A model generated the notes under the pieces. The model was given only the letters and a program-made list of their open reading frames with translations. It was not told where the DNA came from and searched no databases. From Callorhinchus milii (Eukaryota), in NCBI RefSeq assembly GCF_018977255.1, contig NW_024704742.1:91948001-92012000 (forward strand): a DNA stretch of 64,000 nucleotides, in the 5' to 3' direction. Of the stretch, positions 12,301 to 23,620 are shown piece by piece; the stretch's first letter is position 1, and each line of letters starts with the position of its first letter. The translations under genes and the position numbers were made by a program.

Positions 12301-14612
12301 ACCTGGTGAGCCCCAGTGACTGGTTGAGCGCTGGTTACCTGGTGAGCACTGGTGACTGGTTGAGTGCTGGTTACCTGGTGAGCCCCAGTGACTGATTGAG
12401 CGCTGGTTACCTGGTGAGCCCCAGTGACTGGTTGAGCGCTGGTTACCTGGTGAGCCCCAGTGACTGGTTGAGCGCTGGTTACCTGGTGAGCCCCAGTGAC
12501 TGGTTGAGCGCTGGTTACCTGGTGAGCGCTGGTGACTGGTTGAGCGCTGGTTACCTGGTGAGCCCCAGTGACTGGTTGAGCGCTGGTTACCTGGTGAGCG
12601 CTGGTGACTGGTTGAGCGCTGGTTACCTGGTGAGCGCTGGTGACTGGTTGAGCGCTGGTTACCTGGTGAGCCCCAGTGACTGGTTGAGCGCTGGTGACTG
12701 GTGAGCCCCAGTGACTGATTGAGCCGCTGGTTACCTGGTGAGCCTCAGTGACTGGTTGAGCGCTGGTTACCTGGTGAGCCCTAGTGACTGGTTGAGCGCT
12801 GGTTACCTGGTGAGCCCTAGTGACTGGTTGAGCGCTGGTTACCTGGTGAGCGCTGGTGACTGGTTGAGCGCTGGTTACCTGGTGAGCGCTGGTGACTGGT
12901 TGAGCGCTGGTTACCTGGTGAGCGCTGGTGACTGGTTGAGCGCTGGTTACCTGGTGAGCCCCAGTGACTGGTTGAGCGCTGGTTACCTGGTGAGCGCTGG
13001 TGACTGGTTGAGCGCTGGTTACCTGGTGAGCGCTGGTGACTGGTTGAGCGCTGGTTACCTGGTGAGCCCTAGTGACTGGTTGAGCGCTGGTTACCTGGTG
13101 AGCCCTAGTGACTGGTTGAGCGCTGGTTACCTGGTGAGCGCTGGTGACTGGTTGAGCGCTGGTTACCTGGTGAGCGCTGGTGACTGGTTGAGCGCTGGTT
13201 ACCTGGTGAGCCCCAGTGACTGGTTGAGCGCTGGTTACCTGGTGAGCCCGAGTGACTGATTGAGCGCTGGTTACCTGGTGAGCCCAAGTGACTGGTTGAG
13301 CGCTGGTTACCTGGTGAGCCCTAGTGACTGGTTGAGCGCTGGTTACCCTGTGAGCCCTAGTGACTGATTGAGCGCTGGTTACCTGGTGAGCCCAGTGACT
13401 GGTTGAGCGCTGGTTACCTGGTGAGCCCCAGTGACTGATTGAGCGCTGGTTACCTGGTGAGCCCCAGTGACTGGTTGAGCGCTGGTTACCTGGTGAGCCC
13501 TAATGACTGGTGAGCGCTGGTTACCTGGTGAGCCCTAGTGACTGGTTGAGCGCTGGTTACCTGGTGAGCCCTAGTGACTGGTTGAGCGCTGGTTACCTGG
13601 TGAGCCCAGTGACTGGTTGAGCGCTGGTTACCTGGTGAGCCCTAGTGACCGGTTGAGCGCTGGTTACCTGGTGAGCCCCAGTGACTGGTTGAGCGCTGGT
13701 TACCTGGTGAGCCCTAGTGACTGGTTGAGCGCTGGTTACCTGGTGAGCCCCAGTGACTGATTGAGCGCTGGTTACCTGGTGAGCGCTGGTGACTGGTTGA
13801 GCGCTGGTTACCTGGTGAGCGCTGGTGACTGGTTGAGCGCTGGTTACCTGGTGAGCCCTAGTGACTGGTTGAGCGCTGGTTACCTGGTGAGCCCCAGTGA
13901 CTGGTTGAGCGCTGGTTACCTGGTGAGCCCCAGTGACTGGTTGAGCGCTGGTTACCTGGTGAGCACTGGTGACTGGTTGAGTGCTGGTTACCTGGTGAGC
14001 CCCAGTGACTGGTTGAGCGCTGGTTACCTGGTGAGCCCCAGTGACTGGTTGAGCGCTGGTTACCTGGTGAGCCCCAGTGACTGGTTGAGCGCTGGTTACC
14101 TGGTGAGCGCTGGTGACTGGTTGAGCGCTGGTTACCTGGTGAGCCCCAGTGACTGGTTGAGCGCTGGTTACCTGGTGAGCGCTGGTGACTGGTTGAGCGC
14201 TGGTTACCTGGTGAGCGCTGGTGACTGGTTGAGCGCTGGTTACCTGGTGAGCGCTGGTGACTGGTTGAGCGCTGGTTACCTGGTGAGCGCTGGTGACTGG
14301 TTGAGCGCTGGTTACCTGGTGAGCCCTAGTGACTGGTTGAGCGCTGGTTACCTGGTGAGCCCTAGTGACTGGTTGAGCGCTGGTTACCTGGTGAGCGCTG
14401 GTGACTGGTTGAGCGCTGGTTACCTGGTGAGCGCTGGTGACTGGTTGAGCGCTGGTTACCTGGTGAGCGCTGGTGACTGGTTGAGCGCTGGTTACCTGGT
14501 GAGCGCTGGTGACTGGTTGAGCGCTGGTTACCTGGTGAGCGCTGGTGACTGGTTGAGCGCTGGTTACCTGGTGAGCGCTGGTGACTGGTTGAGCGCTGGT
14601 TACCTGGTGAGC
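9345..14612. repeat. 36-bp minisatellite array, ~140 units, consensus GAGCGCTGGTTACCTGGTGAGC(CCYA/GCTG)GTGACTGGTT, built from two related 18-mers
   Basis: Directly visible. Regular from ~9520 to 14612, with degenerate copies at 9345-9520. Confidence 0.99.
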
Positions 14613-14619
14613 GGCCTGG

Positions 14620-15120
14620 TCGGTCGGTTGGTTGGTGTCTGCACCGAAGAAAACAAGTGGCTGCACATGCGCTGTGAGGCATCTCTCGAGCGGGCTGGTT
14701 GCGCATGCGCACGTGAGCGGAAACGGGTGGGGAGCGAGGTCGCGCTTGCGCATCAGCAGTAGTTTATTTCCGGTGCGGGGGGGGGAAGGGAGGTGACAAA
14801 TAGAGCGCGTGCGCACTGAGAGCGGCTGTCGGTGTGTTCAGCAGGTGACCGTTGTCGGGGCAGCAATGTGGCCGCATTGGGCGGGTTGACGCCCAATCGG
14901 GCGGGTTTTTACCCGCAGTGTGCGTGAAAAACTTCTTTGGGGGCGGATTTTCTTCGGGCGGTGTTTTTTTTTATTAAAAATTGAAACCCCGCAGCAACCG
15001 GTGTGGGTTTTTGTTTCTGCCCCATCACCTCCGCAGTTTCTAAGGCAATGAGCTCAGGCGGTCGCCCTGGTGTTCGGAGTGAGGCCCCGCGTGACCCTGG
15101 GCTGCTTTTGGGCTACTGTT
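14620..15120. promoter_or_regulatory. CpG-island housekeeping-type promoter, probably of RAD23B
   Basis: CpG-dense. Perfect NRF1 palindrome TGCGCATGCGCA at 14700-14711 overlaps E-box CACGTG at 14710-14715. Further NRF1-like sites at ~14663, 14742 and 14805, ETS-like TTTCCGG at ~14767, opposed CCAAT boxes at ~14876 and ~14893, and GGGCGG boxes. Confidence 0.8.
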
Positions 15121-17687
15121 TGGGCTACAGAACTATTTTCGTGTCTGGCGGACGGGGACGGTCACTACAGCAACAACAGCAACATTACCTTCACGTCGGG
15201 AGGACGTCCCGCGGCGCCGGACGCTCGGGGTTTTGGACCCGAGCTGGGGGTCGGGGTGGGGGTCGGGGTCGGGGAGGGTGGGGTCGGGGGGGGTGGGAGG
15301 TGATCGAAGGCAACGATCAAAGAGGAGGGTCTTGAGATGCGTCTCGAAGGCGAGAAGACCCTCCAGTTCTATGCTCCACAGCGTATCCCGTGAAACGCCG
15401 TCGACCTGTTTCCGCGACGTGATAAGCCGCGCTGTGTGTAAAAAGCAAAGGATTATTGTTATTATTACGACAACCACTTACATTTCTAGCGATCGCGCCC
15501 TTCATGCGGGGCAGCGTCTCGGAGCGTTTAATTGCCTTAGACGTGTCGGGGCAATGTTAGCCGTCGGATTTTGTTTGATCAGACTGTGTGACAACACGTC
15601 GCAAACACGTTTCATCGCAAGCGCTCAGAGACCTCATTCATTCTGTTTGAAGGGCGCTACATCTCAATGCAAGTTGTGCCTAAAAGTATTGGTTTGTGGC
15701 TTTCAAGTAGGTTATGTTTTTAAATTTAGACTAAAATACTGTAAGTGGTACTCACTTCCACTGGGTGTCTCGTTGCCTCAGGTCTGATCCTTCGAGATCT
15801 TATACGTGAACTACTTTGTAGCTACAATCTCATCGATTTCACGCCGCAATTCAATTTTTCCCCTTGATTTTAGCTTTGGCGAAATGCCCGTTTGGCTCAT
15901 CGGTAAGACTTGGAGATATAGACATGTTCTGAATCCTGCCAACCAAATCCCTAATGAGTAAGACAGTCGTAAATGGACAAATATTGTGCCGTGTATTAAC
16001 CACTACACAAATGGACAGTAATGAAAGAAGTGTCTTATCATGTTTGAAATGTCTCAAAAATGCTGTACAAGAAATTAGTGTTTGTTTTTATAGGCTCATC
16101 GGCCAAGCTTCCCTTCCAAATCACTGGCGCCTGGGTGTAGATATTGTGTGAGGACGGGCTGGTGCTTGGCTGTGATAATGCCAGTAGATGAACAACTTGC
16201 TCAGCGCACAAATGAAGAACAGATACTTGGAGAATGTTTGGAATCTGTAAATTTGTACGTTAGTTATTATCTCCAGAAGATGAGAAAAGGGAGAGCTCAC
16301 TGGGAATAGATCAATATACACCAACAAAACTGTTCATAGAGTAAAGCTGGATATTGCCAAAGTACTCAGTAATAATAATAATAAGTAAACTTAAAGTTGC
16401 TCTTTACTCTCCCCTTCCACTGATATTCTTTAATATATTTGGTGAAAATACGTTCTCGTATATCTTCACTGAAGCAGGTCTCTGTCTAGGCCAAATGATA
16501 TCTGGAGCGGAAGAGGGGAAGGGGGATGTTTCAAACTTGTTTTCAACAAAACAGTGTTTCCAGTCTGTGCTTTGAAACTGGACCACACATTCTGTTCACA
16601 GTCTGCTGGCAACAATTGTAGTTTCAAGCATGAAATGACCCTGGCTTACTTCGATGGGCAGAAAGGGCTGCCCATCCATAAACAGGCATTTTAATGTCAG
16701 ACATTCTTTTCAGTGCTCATTAATGTTTTGTATAACACCAATCAGAAATGACAGCCTTGATGCTAATGACCATTTAGGTGGTGTTCAGGTTGAATCACAC
16801 TTTCCAGTATATATGGCTTTAACACTGTAGTAAATAAAACCAACCTATATATAGTACTCCCACGACTATTTATTTATCTGTTTTTCTGAATCTGTAAGTG
16901 CTATCTAACCTTGCATGAACCATGATTTGTCCAGATATATAAAATTAGTGTACGTGTAAGTGTCATGCAACTGTGTTTGTGTCATGATTCACCAAGATTT
17001 GTAAACTTTGCAAATGATCTTCATTAAAAGAGAAAACATATCAAAACAAAATCAACAACTTGCATTTATATTGCGCCCTCCACATCAGTCGGCATTTCAG
17101 AGCGCTTAACAATGGGGAGTCCAAGGCCGAGCCGGGGAGGGGGAAGGTGACCGTAGGCGCGGTCAAAGAGGAAGGTCTTCAGGCGCGACCTGAAGATGGG
17201 GAAGGAGGGGGTGAGGTGAAGGGGTTGAGGGAGAGAAAATCAAAGCAGTACTGAAGCACTGTCGAACAATTCAAAAGTTTAGCCAAATATTTCCAAAATG
17301 TCAAATAAAAACTGAACGATGACTGCAGCATTACATTAGACAGAGAAATGCTTAAAACCAAACCAAAAAGTGGAGGGCTTGCAGAGAACATGAAATGAGT
17401 CACTTGAATTAGAGTATCATCTGGGTTCTCTGCATGTAGATAGAACATGATCTAAGGCAGGATGGCTCTGTCGCCTTTGCAGTGGAAGTGTTGGGTGGTC
17501 AGATTAGGTGTCAGCCTGGCTCAGTTGGTAACACTTTCACTTCTGAGTCAGAAGGGTATGGGTTCAAGCATCGTGCCACAACATTACAAGAGGGATGTTG
17601 AGCTCATTAGCGAGCTTGATGCTCCAATTTAGTGCTGGGGGAGCGCTGAATCAACAGAGGTGCTGGCTTTCGGCTTTGAACCAAGGT

Positions 17688-18053
17688 GGAGTCCTGCAGC
17701 GAAGTGGTTAGAGCACTTGCCTCACAAGTAAGAGACCTGGGTTCGATTCCTGGCAGTGCGAAATGTTGGACAAGTCTCCTTACTCCACATGTTTCTGTTT
17801 ACTTAACAGTAAGTAGGAATGCGGTTGTTAGTCAATCAGCGGATCGCTTTTCCAGAGGTAATAATTCCTTTAAAAAATTGTTCACTTCAATCCACGACTG
17901 TTTGTAGGACACTGCTGTGCGTAATTGGCTGCCACGTTTCATCCACAAAATACAGTCAATTTACTTGACAGTAAATTCTGTGAAGCGCTTCGAGACGTCT
18001 CGAAGACATGATAAGGCATGATATCAAATGCAAGAATTATTATTATATTATAT
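17688..18053 (+). mobile_element. tRNA-derived SINE, long subfamily, nested in an older Deu-type SINE (~17505-18215)
   Basis: Full head-to-tail copy flanked by AAGGT at 17683-17687 and 18054-18058. Confidence 0.88.
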
Positions 18054-18227
18054 AAGGTTCTATCAGCCTGTTCAGATGGACATTAAAGATCCTGTAACAT
18101 TATCCCAAAAGAGAAGCTAGTTTCTCTTGGTGTCCTGGCAAACAATACCCAGATTGTTTTTAAAAAATGTCATTCACTCCATGTGCAAATTGACTGCCAT
18201 TGTTTGCTGCTTAAAAATAGAGAGTTA

Positions 18228-19250
18228 CAACAAAAACAACAACAACTTGGATTTATATAGCGCCTTCCACGCTGGACGGCGTCTCAGGGCGCTTCACAGT
18301 AACGGATCCCGGGGCTGAGCCAGGGGGGAGGGCGAGGAAGGTGACCAAAGGTGCGGTCAAAAAGACAGGTCTTCAGCCGAGATCTGAAAATAGGAAGAGA
18401 GGGAGCGAGGCTAAGGGAGTGAGGAAGGGAGTTGGGAGTTCCAGAGCCTCGGGGCGTAGTGGCTGAAGGCACGGCCGCCGAGGGTGGAGCAGAGGACTCG
18501 GGGGACGAGGAGGAGGCCAGACCTGGAGGAGCAAAGGCAACGGGCACTGTTTTGAGGCAAGAGGAGGTCAGAGAGGTCGGGGGGTGCAGAGGAGTGGAGG
18601 GATTTGAAGACAAGGGTGAGGATCTTGAAATCGATCCTCTCTGGGATAGGCTGCCAGTGCAGTCTGGCAAGGACTGGGGTAATCGGAGAGCAGAGTTTCG
18701 TGCGGGTGACAATGCGGGCGGCAGAGTTTTTTATAATCTGGATTTTATGGATGGTAGTGGATGGGAGACCGGGGAGGAGGGCGTTTGAATAGTCCAGCCA
18801 AGAGGTGACAAAGGCATGGACTAGGGTCTCAGCGGCTTTCGGAGAGAGGTGTTGGCCGAGACGGGCGATGCGTCGGAGGTGGAAGAAAGTGGTGCTGGTG
18901 AGGGACCGGATGTGGAGGAGGAAGGATAGTTGGGGGTCGAACCTGATACCTAGGTTGCGTATGGGTTCAGAGAGTTTTAGGGGGAAGTCGGGCAGGTGGA
19001 GGAGGTGAGAACCGTAAGATTTTAGACGTTGACGAGAGCCAAAGAGTATAGCTTCTGTCTTGTCAACGTTCAGCTGAATGAAATTTGTGCTCATCCAGCC
19101 CCTGAGATCTGACAGGCAGCCTGACAGTACATCAGGGGACTGGGGGTCGCAATGAGAGGTGGAAAAATAGAGTTGGGTGTCGTCCGCATACATGTGGAAG
19201 AGGGAACATGTAGATCAGAAAGGGGAGGGGGTCAAGGATGGATCCCTGGA
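18228..19250 (-). mobile_element. L2-clade LINE 3' portion (RT C-terminus)
   Basis: 260-aa ORF with YADDTQLY, LNVDKTE, RNLGIRFD, LVHAFVTSWLDYSNALL, LHWQPIPERIDFK and GGRAFSHYAPRLWN, ending in a (TTG)n tail. Confidence 0.92.
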
Positions 19251-20084
19251 GTACTACATATCAGTTATTACATATTACTGAAAATCTGTAAGACATTATG
19301 GCAAGATGAAGTGTTATTGATTAATAATAATCAAATAGAAGGATTATTATTGCAATGTGGCAAAGGAAAACTGGATTCTAAAAGATGAAGGGTAATTGAC
19401 GGCATTTAACTTTTAAAGGGAATAGAGAGCCCTCTAGTGGAATTTATAATTCAATACAAGGTTACGCAAAATTAAGGAAATAATCCTTGCAGATCCCAGT
19501 TATCCTGGTATATGTTTATTTCCTCTCTTATTTACCCTCTTGTTTGTTCCCCTTTCCTTGCCTCTCTAGAAAGAGATGACCATCCTGAGGTACAATTCCA
19601 TAGGCAGTAATACCTCAATCAAGTAATATTCTTTAAGTTTAAGGCTGTTGGTGGGCTGTTTGACGTGAGGGGCGCTTATATCTGAACCTGATCCTTTCCT
19701 CACCTGATATTCACACACTCTCTAGCAATACTTGCTACATGCTGATCAGATTGATTTTCTTCTCCACCTCTACCCCTAGTCCAAAGGATACATAGGCAAC
19801 TGGAATTAGAAATGGGGTCGTGTGACTTGCCTTGATGCTGAAGATTGGGTCAAGGCCTTTTTGCACATTTTGATACCAGGAAGTTTGGCCACTAACAATG
19901 ACAATCCTTGATTTTGATATAGCGCCTTATTAAGTCTTCGAGACATCTGAGAGCTCTTCATAGAATATACTGTAAAGTGAATCTAGAAGACGTGAAAAGC
20001 ACTATATCAAATGCAAGGATTTTTAATTGACTGTATATTTTGTGGGCGAAACCTGGAGGACAATTGCACAAAACAACAATAACA

Positions 20085-20655
20085 ACAAGATTACATTTGT
20101 ATAGCGCCTTTTATGTCGGGAGGACGTCCCAAGGCACTGGACAGAGTACAGCATTTCAGATCCGAGCTGGGGTTGGGGTGGGGAAGGGAGGGGAGGGGAA
20201 GGGGTTGGCCGATGGCATGGTCGAAGAGGGGGTTCTTGAGGCGGGACTTGAAGGAGGCTAAGGATTAGGCGAGGCGGAGTGACTGGGGGATAGAATTCCA
20301 GAGGTTGGGGGCAGAGTGGCTGAAGGCTCTCCCGCCAATGGTGGGGCGGGTGAGTCGGGGGACGTGGAGCAGGCCGGAGCCGGCTGAGTGGAGGGAGCGG
20401 GCGCGTTGGTAGGGGGTTAGGAGAGGACACGGGCTGCAGAGTTCTGGATTATCTGCAGCCTGTGGAGGGAGGAGTTGGGAAGGCCGACAAGCAGGGCATT
20501 TGCATAGTCGAGCCTGGAGGTGATGAAGGCATGAACAAGAGTTTCAGTGGCCTGAGGGGTGAGGTAGTGGCGGAGTCGGGCGATGTTATAGAGGAGAGGG
20601 AAGGCAGAGCGGGTCATGGCTTGAATGTGTGTCACAAACAGTCGTGGATCGAGTG
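20085..20655 (-). mobile_element. L2-clade LINE 3' fragment
   Basis: LVHAFITSRLDYANALLVGLP...QNSAAR, with a (TTG)n tail. Confidence 0.9.
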
Positions 20656-22764
20656 AACAAATTATTACATTTTTTTTAATAAAAAAGGAGGCAATGTTAC
20701 ATTTTAGGAGATATTGATTAGACAGCAATGGAGCATTTCATCCAGCTTTGGACACCTCGTTCCAGAAAGGTTGTAATAACCACCAGAAAGAGTACATTGA
20801 AAATTCATTAGGAAATTTCCATGTTATAATTATACGGAGAGAATTAAAAAGTCGGAACTGAGAAGGTTGAAATGGGATTAGATAGAGACACGGGAAGACA
20901 GCAGTGGTGACAGTATTCGAGTAGGTAACTCCATTGGAGGAGCCAACATTAGCACAGACATGATATAGCTTTCCCTTTTATAAATATTTTATTATTTTCT
21001 TTTTGAACTAAATGGGCAAAGGACAGATTTTGCTTTTACAAAGGAACCAGGATAATCTAAAATGAGTTTTTATGTAATTTGATGCACCTCAACCATTAAA
21101 CTCCACCATGGAGTTATTGTGTAATATAGGCATTTAAAAATCTATAACAGTTGTTAATGTCACAACAGCAATTGGAAAAAATATAGTTTCTGATGCCTCA
21201 TAGAGTACTGATACAGAAGTATCCCTGTATATATGGAGCAGCATAGGTCCCCAAATTTGAGTTTCACTGAAAACATATTAATGACCTGAGGCCAATTGAA
21301 TAACATTCAGCCCAGAGATCTGTTACTTAATTGGTGTCATGCAGCATTGGACTACAATTTACTCCAACCTTACAAAACTGCCGGAAGATTAGTGTTGGGG
21401 ATGTTACAGCAGCATTAGAGTGTTTTTGAGTCGAACAGAGGACAAAGAGAATAAAAAGTGACTTGTATCGGGGAAAGCAAGTCGATTGATTTGGAAAAAC
21501 ATTATTATGATTATGACACCTTGGGACGTCCTCCCGATGTGAAAGGCGCGCTATAAATATAATTTTGTTGTTGTTGTTAAAGAAATAAAGATACACAGGT
21601 GAGAGACACGCACAATTACTAGTTGTTCCTGCTTTAATTAACAAGCTGAAAAAGTCCATAGCATACAAGGGGATTAGGATTGATGAAGAGTGTATTTTAT
21701 TTTTGGTCAGATAGGTATCTGACACATGTAGAAATCCATTGCCATGCTTAAGAGCCTCCAAACTAAACTACTGAGAGTTTCTTGTATATGTAGTTTCTGT
21801 TTGTTTAGCGTGGCATTTACACTCTCTCCCCAGAGGGATGCACTCTCCTCTCCTACTCTGGAAAGTTTAGGTACATATTAGCAAGACTTGGGGACCCCAC
21901 AGAGTGTGTTGGAGTACTCATGGAGTGGAATCAACTAAAACCATGTAGAATGGCGTTCCCACTGCTTGACCAGCTGGGACCAACCCTCCTGTTAAAACGT
22001 GTATGGTTAACAGATACTGAGTGGGAAGATTCCCTGTCCCAAATGACAGGTCCAATTCCAATTCCTGCTCATAAGTCAGGCTGGATGGTTTGTTATCAAC
22101 AATGATTTGCAAAACTGGCTTAGGAACCAAACTATCAAAAGAGCCACAGAAGATCAGTTTGATTCCAATATTGCATTACCAAGCTCATAACTTTGGAATC
22201 ATCTTATCACCAAAAAGATTCCCCCTTTTTTCCACTCAAGGAGAATAGAAACCCATCACCATGTTTAAGAGTATCCAAACCAGCCTGGACTCCAGGTAAG
22301 GCAGCTGTTATGTCAGGCCTCAGAATTTTTCCAGAAGCTATTTGCTGGACATCTGACTGCAGCCTGGTGGAAGAACTTATGCAGGACAGCTGGAAGATTC
22401 AACTCCAGGTCTGTATCCCTAGTCTTATTTAACATCAACTGCTTAATCCAGGACTTCACGTGAGGGACTTGAGCAAAAAGATATGACAGCCGTAAAGCTG
22501 CTCTCTGCCACCAAGGTAGAGAACGACAGGTCAGTGCAGGCTGCAGCCCCCCTCCCTGCAACCACTTCCCTTTCCTACCATGACACCACCTTACATCCTG
22601 GTCCTGGATTTTGCAAATAGACTAAAACTTTCCACTGCATGCCAGGAGTTTGGAACCATGAAGGAGCATTCTTTTGATACATGTCTTATATTACACAAAC
22701 TCAGCTTGCATTGGATCTTTGCTATGTTTGCATTCAAAAGAGCCATGAACAACCAGAGTGCCAT

Positions 22765-23152
22765 TTGCCCCTTCTACCTCTGTGACCTCCTAACACCCTA
22801 CCCTCCTGCCCGCTCACTCCGCTCAGTGGTCTCTGGTCTGCTTCACGTCCCCCCCACCTCGCCCACCATCATTGGCAGATGGGCCTTCTGCCACTCTACC
22901 CCACTGTGTGGAACTCCATCCCGCAGTCCCTCTGCCTCGCCCCCTCCCTTGCCTCCTGAAAGACCCATCTCAAGACCCTCCTCTTTGACTGTGCTTTTGA
23001 TCACCTTGCTTCCCCCCCCCCTGTCCTCCACCCTCCCCAATCCCAACCCTCAGTTTGGATCTGAAACACTGACTGTCCAGCACCTTGGAATGTCCTCTCA
23101 ACGTGAAAGGTGCTATACAAATGTAATTTTGTTGTTGTTGTTGTTGTTGTTC
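22765..23152 (+). mobile_element. L2-clade LINE 3' fragment (shorter relatives at ~15170-15360, 17050-17230, 24286-24590, 26170-26690, 54825-55150)
   Basis: PARSLRS motif, shared 3' terminus and (TTG)n tail. Confidence 0.85.
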
Positions 23153-23164
23153 TAAGGTCCCAAA

Positions 23165-23620
23165 TGGCAGTGTCTATGAGGATAGGTTGAACAATTTAGG
23201 CCTATATTCTCTAGAGTATAGAAGAATGAGAGGTGATCTTATAGAGACCTATTATTATTAAAGGGCACGACAGAATAGATAGTGGGAGACTGTTTCCCCT
23301 GGTTGGAGAAACTATAATCAGGGGTCACAGTCTTAAAATTAGGGGTAAGCTCTTTCGCACTGAGTTGAGGAAAAACTTCTTCACTCAGAGGGTAGTGAAT
23401 TTATGGAATTCTCTACCCCAAAAGGTTGTAGATGCTCAGTCTTTGAACATATTCAAGGCTGAGATTGATAGATTTCTTGTGGTTAAAAAGGTTAAGGGAT
23501 ATGGGGATAAGGCGGGTAGGTGGAGTTAGAATAGATCAGCCATGATCTTATTGAATGGCGGAGCAGGTTAGAGTTAGAATGGCCTACTTCTGCTCCTAAT
23601 TCTTATGTTCTTATGTTCTA
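23165..23620 (+). mobile_element. CR1 LINE 3' fragment
   Basis: CR1 ORF2 end (...TTCTTCACTCAGAGGGTAGTGAAT...), then GAATGGCCTACTTCTGCTCCTAAT and a (TTCTTATG)n tail. Confidence 0.88.

Noticed and set aside
9520..14612. CRISPR array (36-bp periodicity)
   Set aside because: Units are head-to-tail with no unique spacers, there are no cas genes, and the context is vertebrate.
9662..14762. Plus-strand (SAGYLVSPSDWL)n ORFs as a protein-coding gene
   Set aside because: They are broken repeatedly by TGG-to-TGA stops, mostly start at TTG/GTG, and run into the promoter. They are a by-product of a unit length divisible by 3.
15003..15787. GC-rich ORFs beside the promoter
   Set aside because: They overlap an L2 3' fragment and a CpG-rich flank, with no recognisable domain or exon structure.
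18411..19193. Intact reverse transcriptase gene or active LINE
   Set aside because: Only the RT C-terminal part is present, 5'-truncated near YADD. The endonuclease-bearing piece at 29-31 kb is separate and frameshifted.
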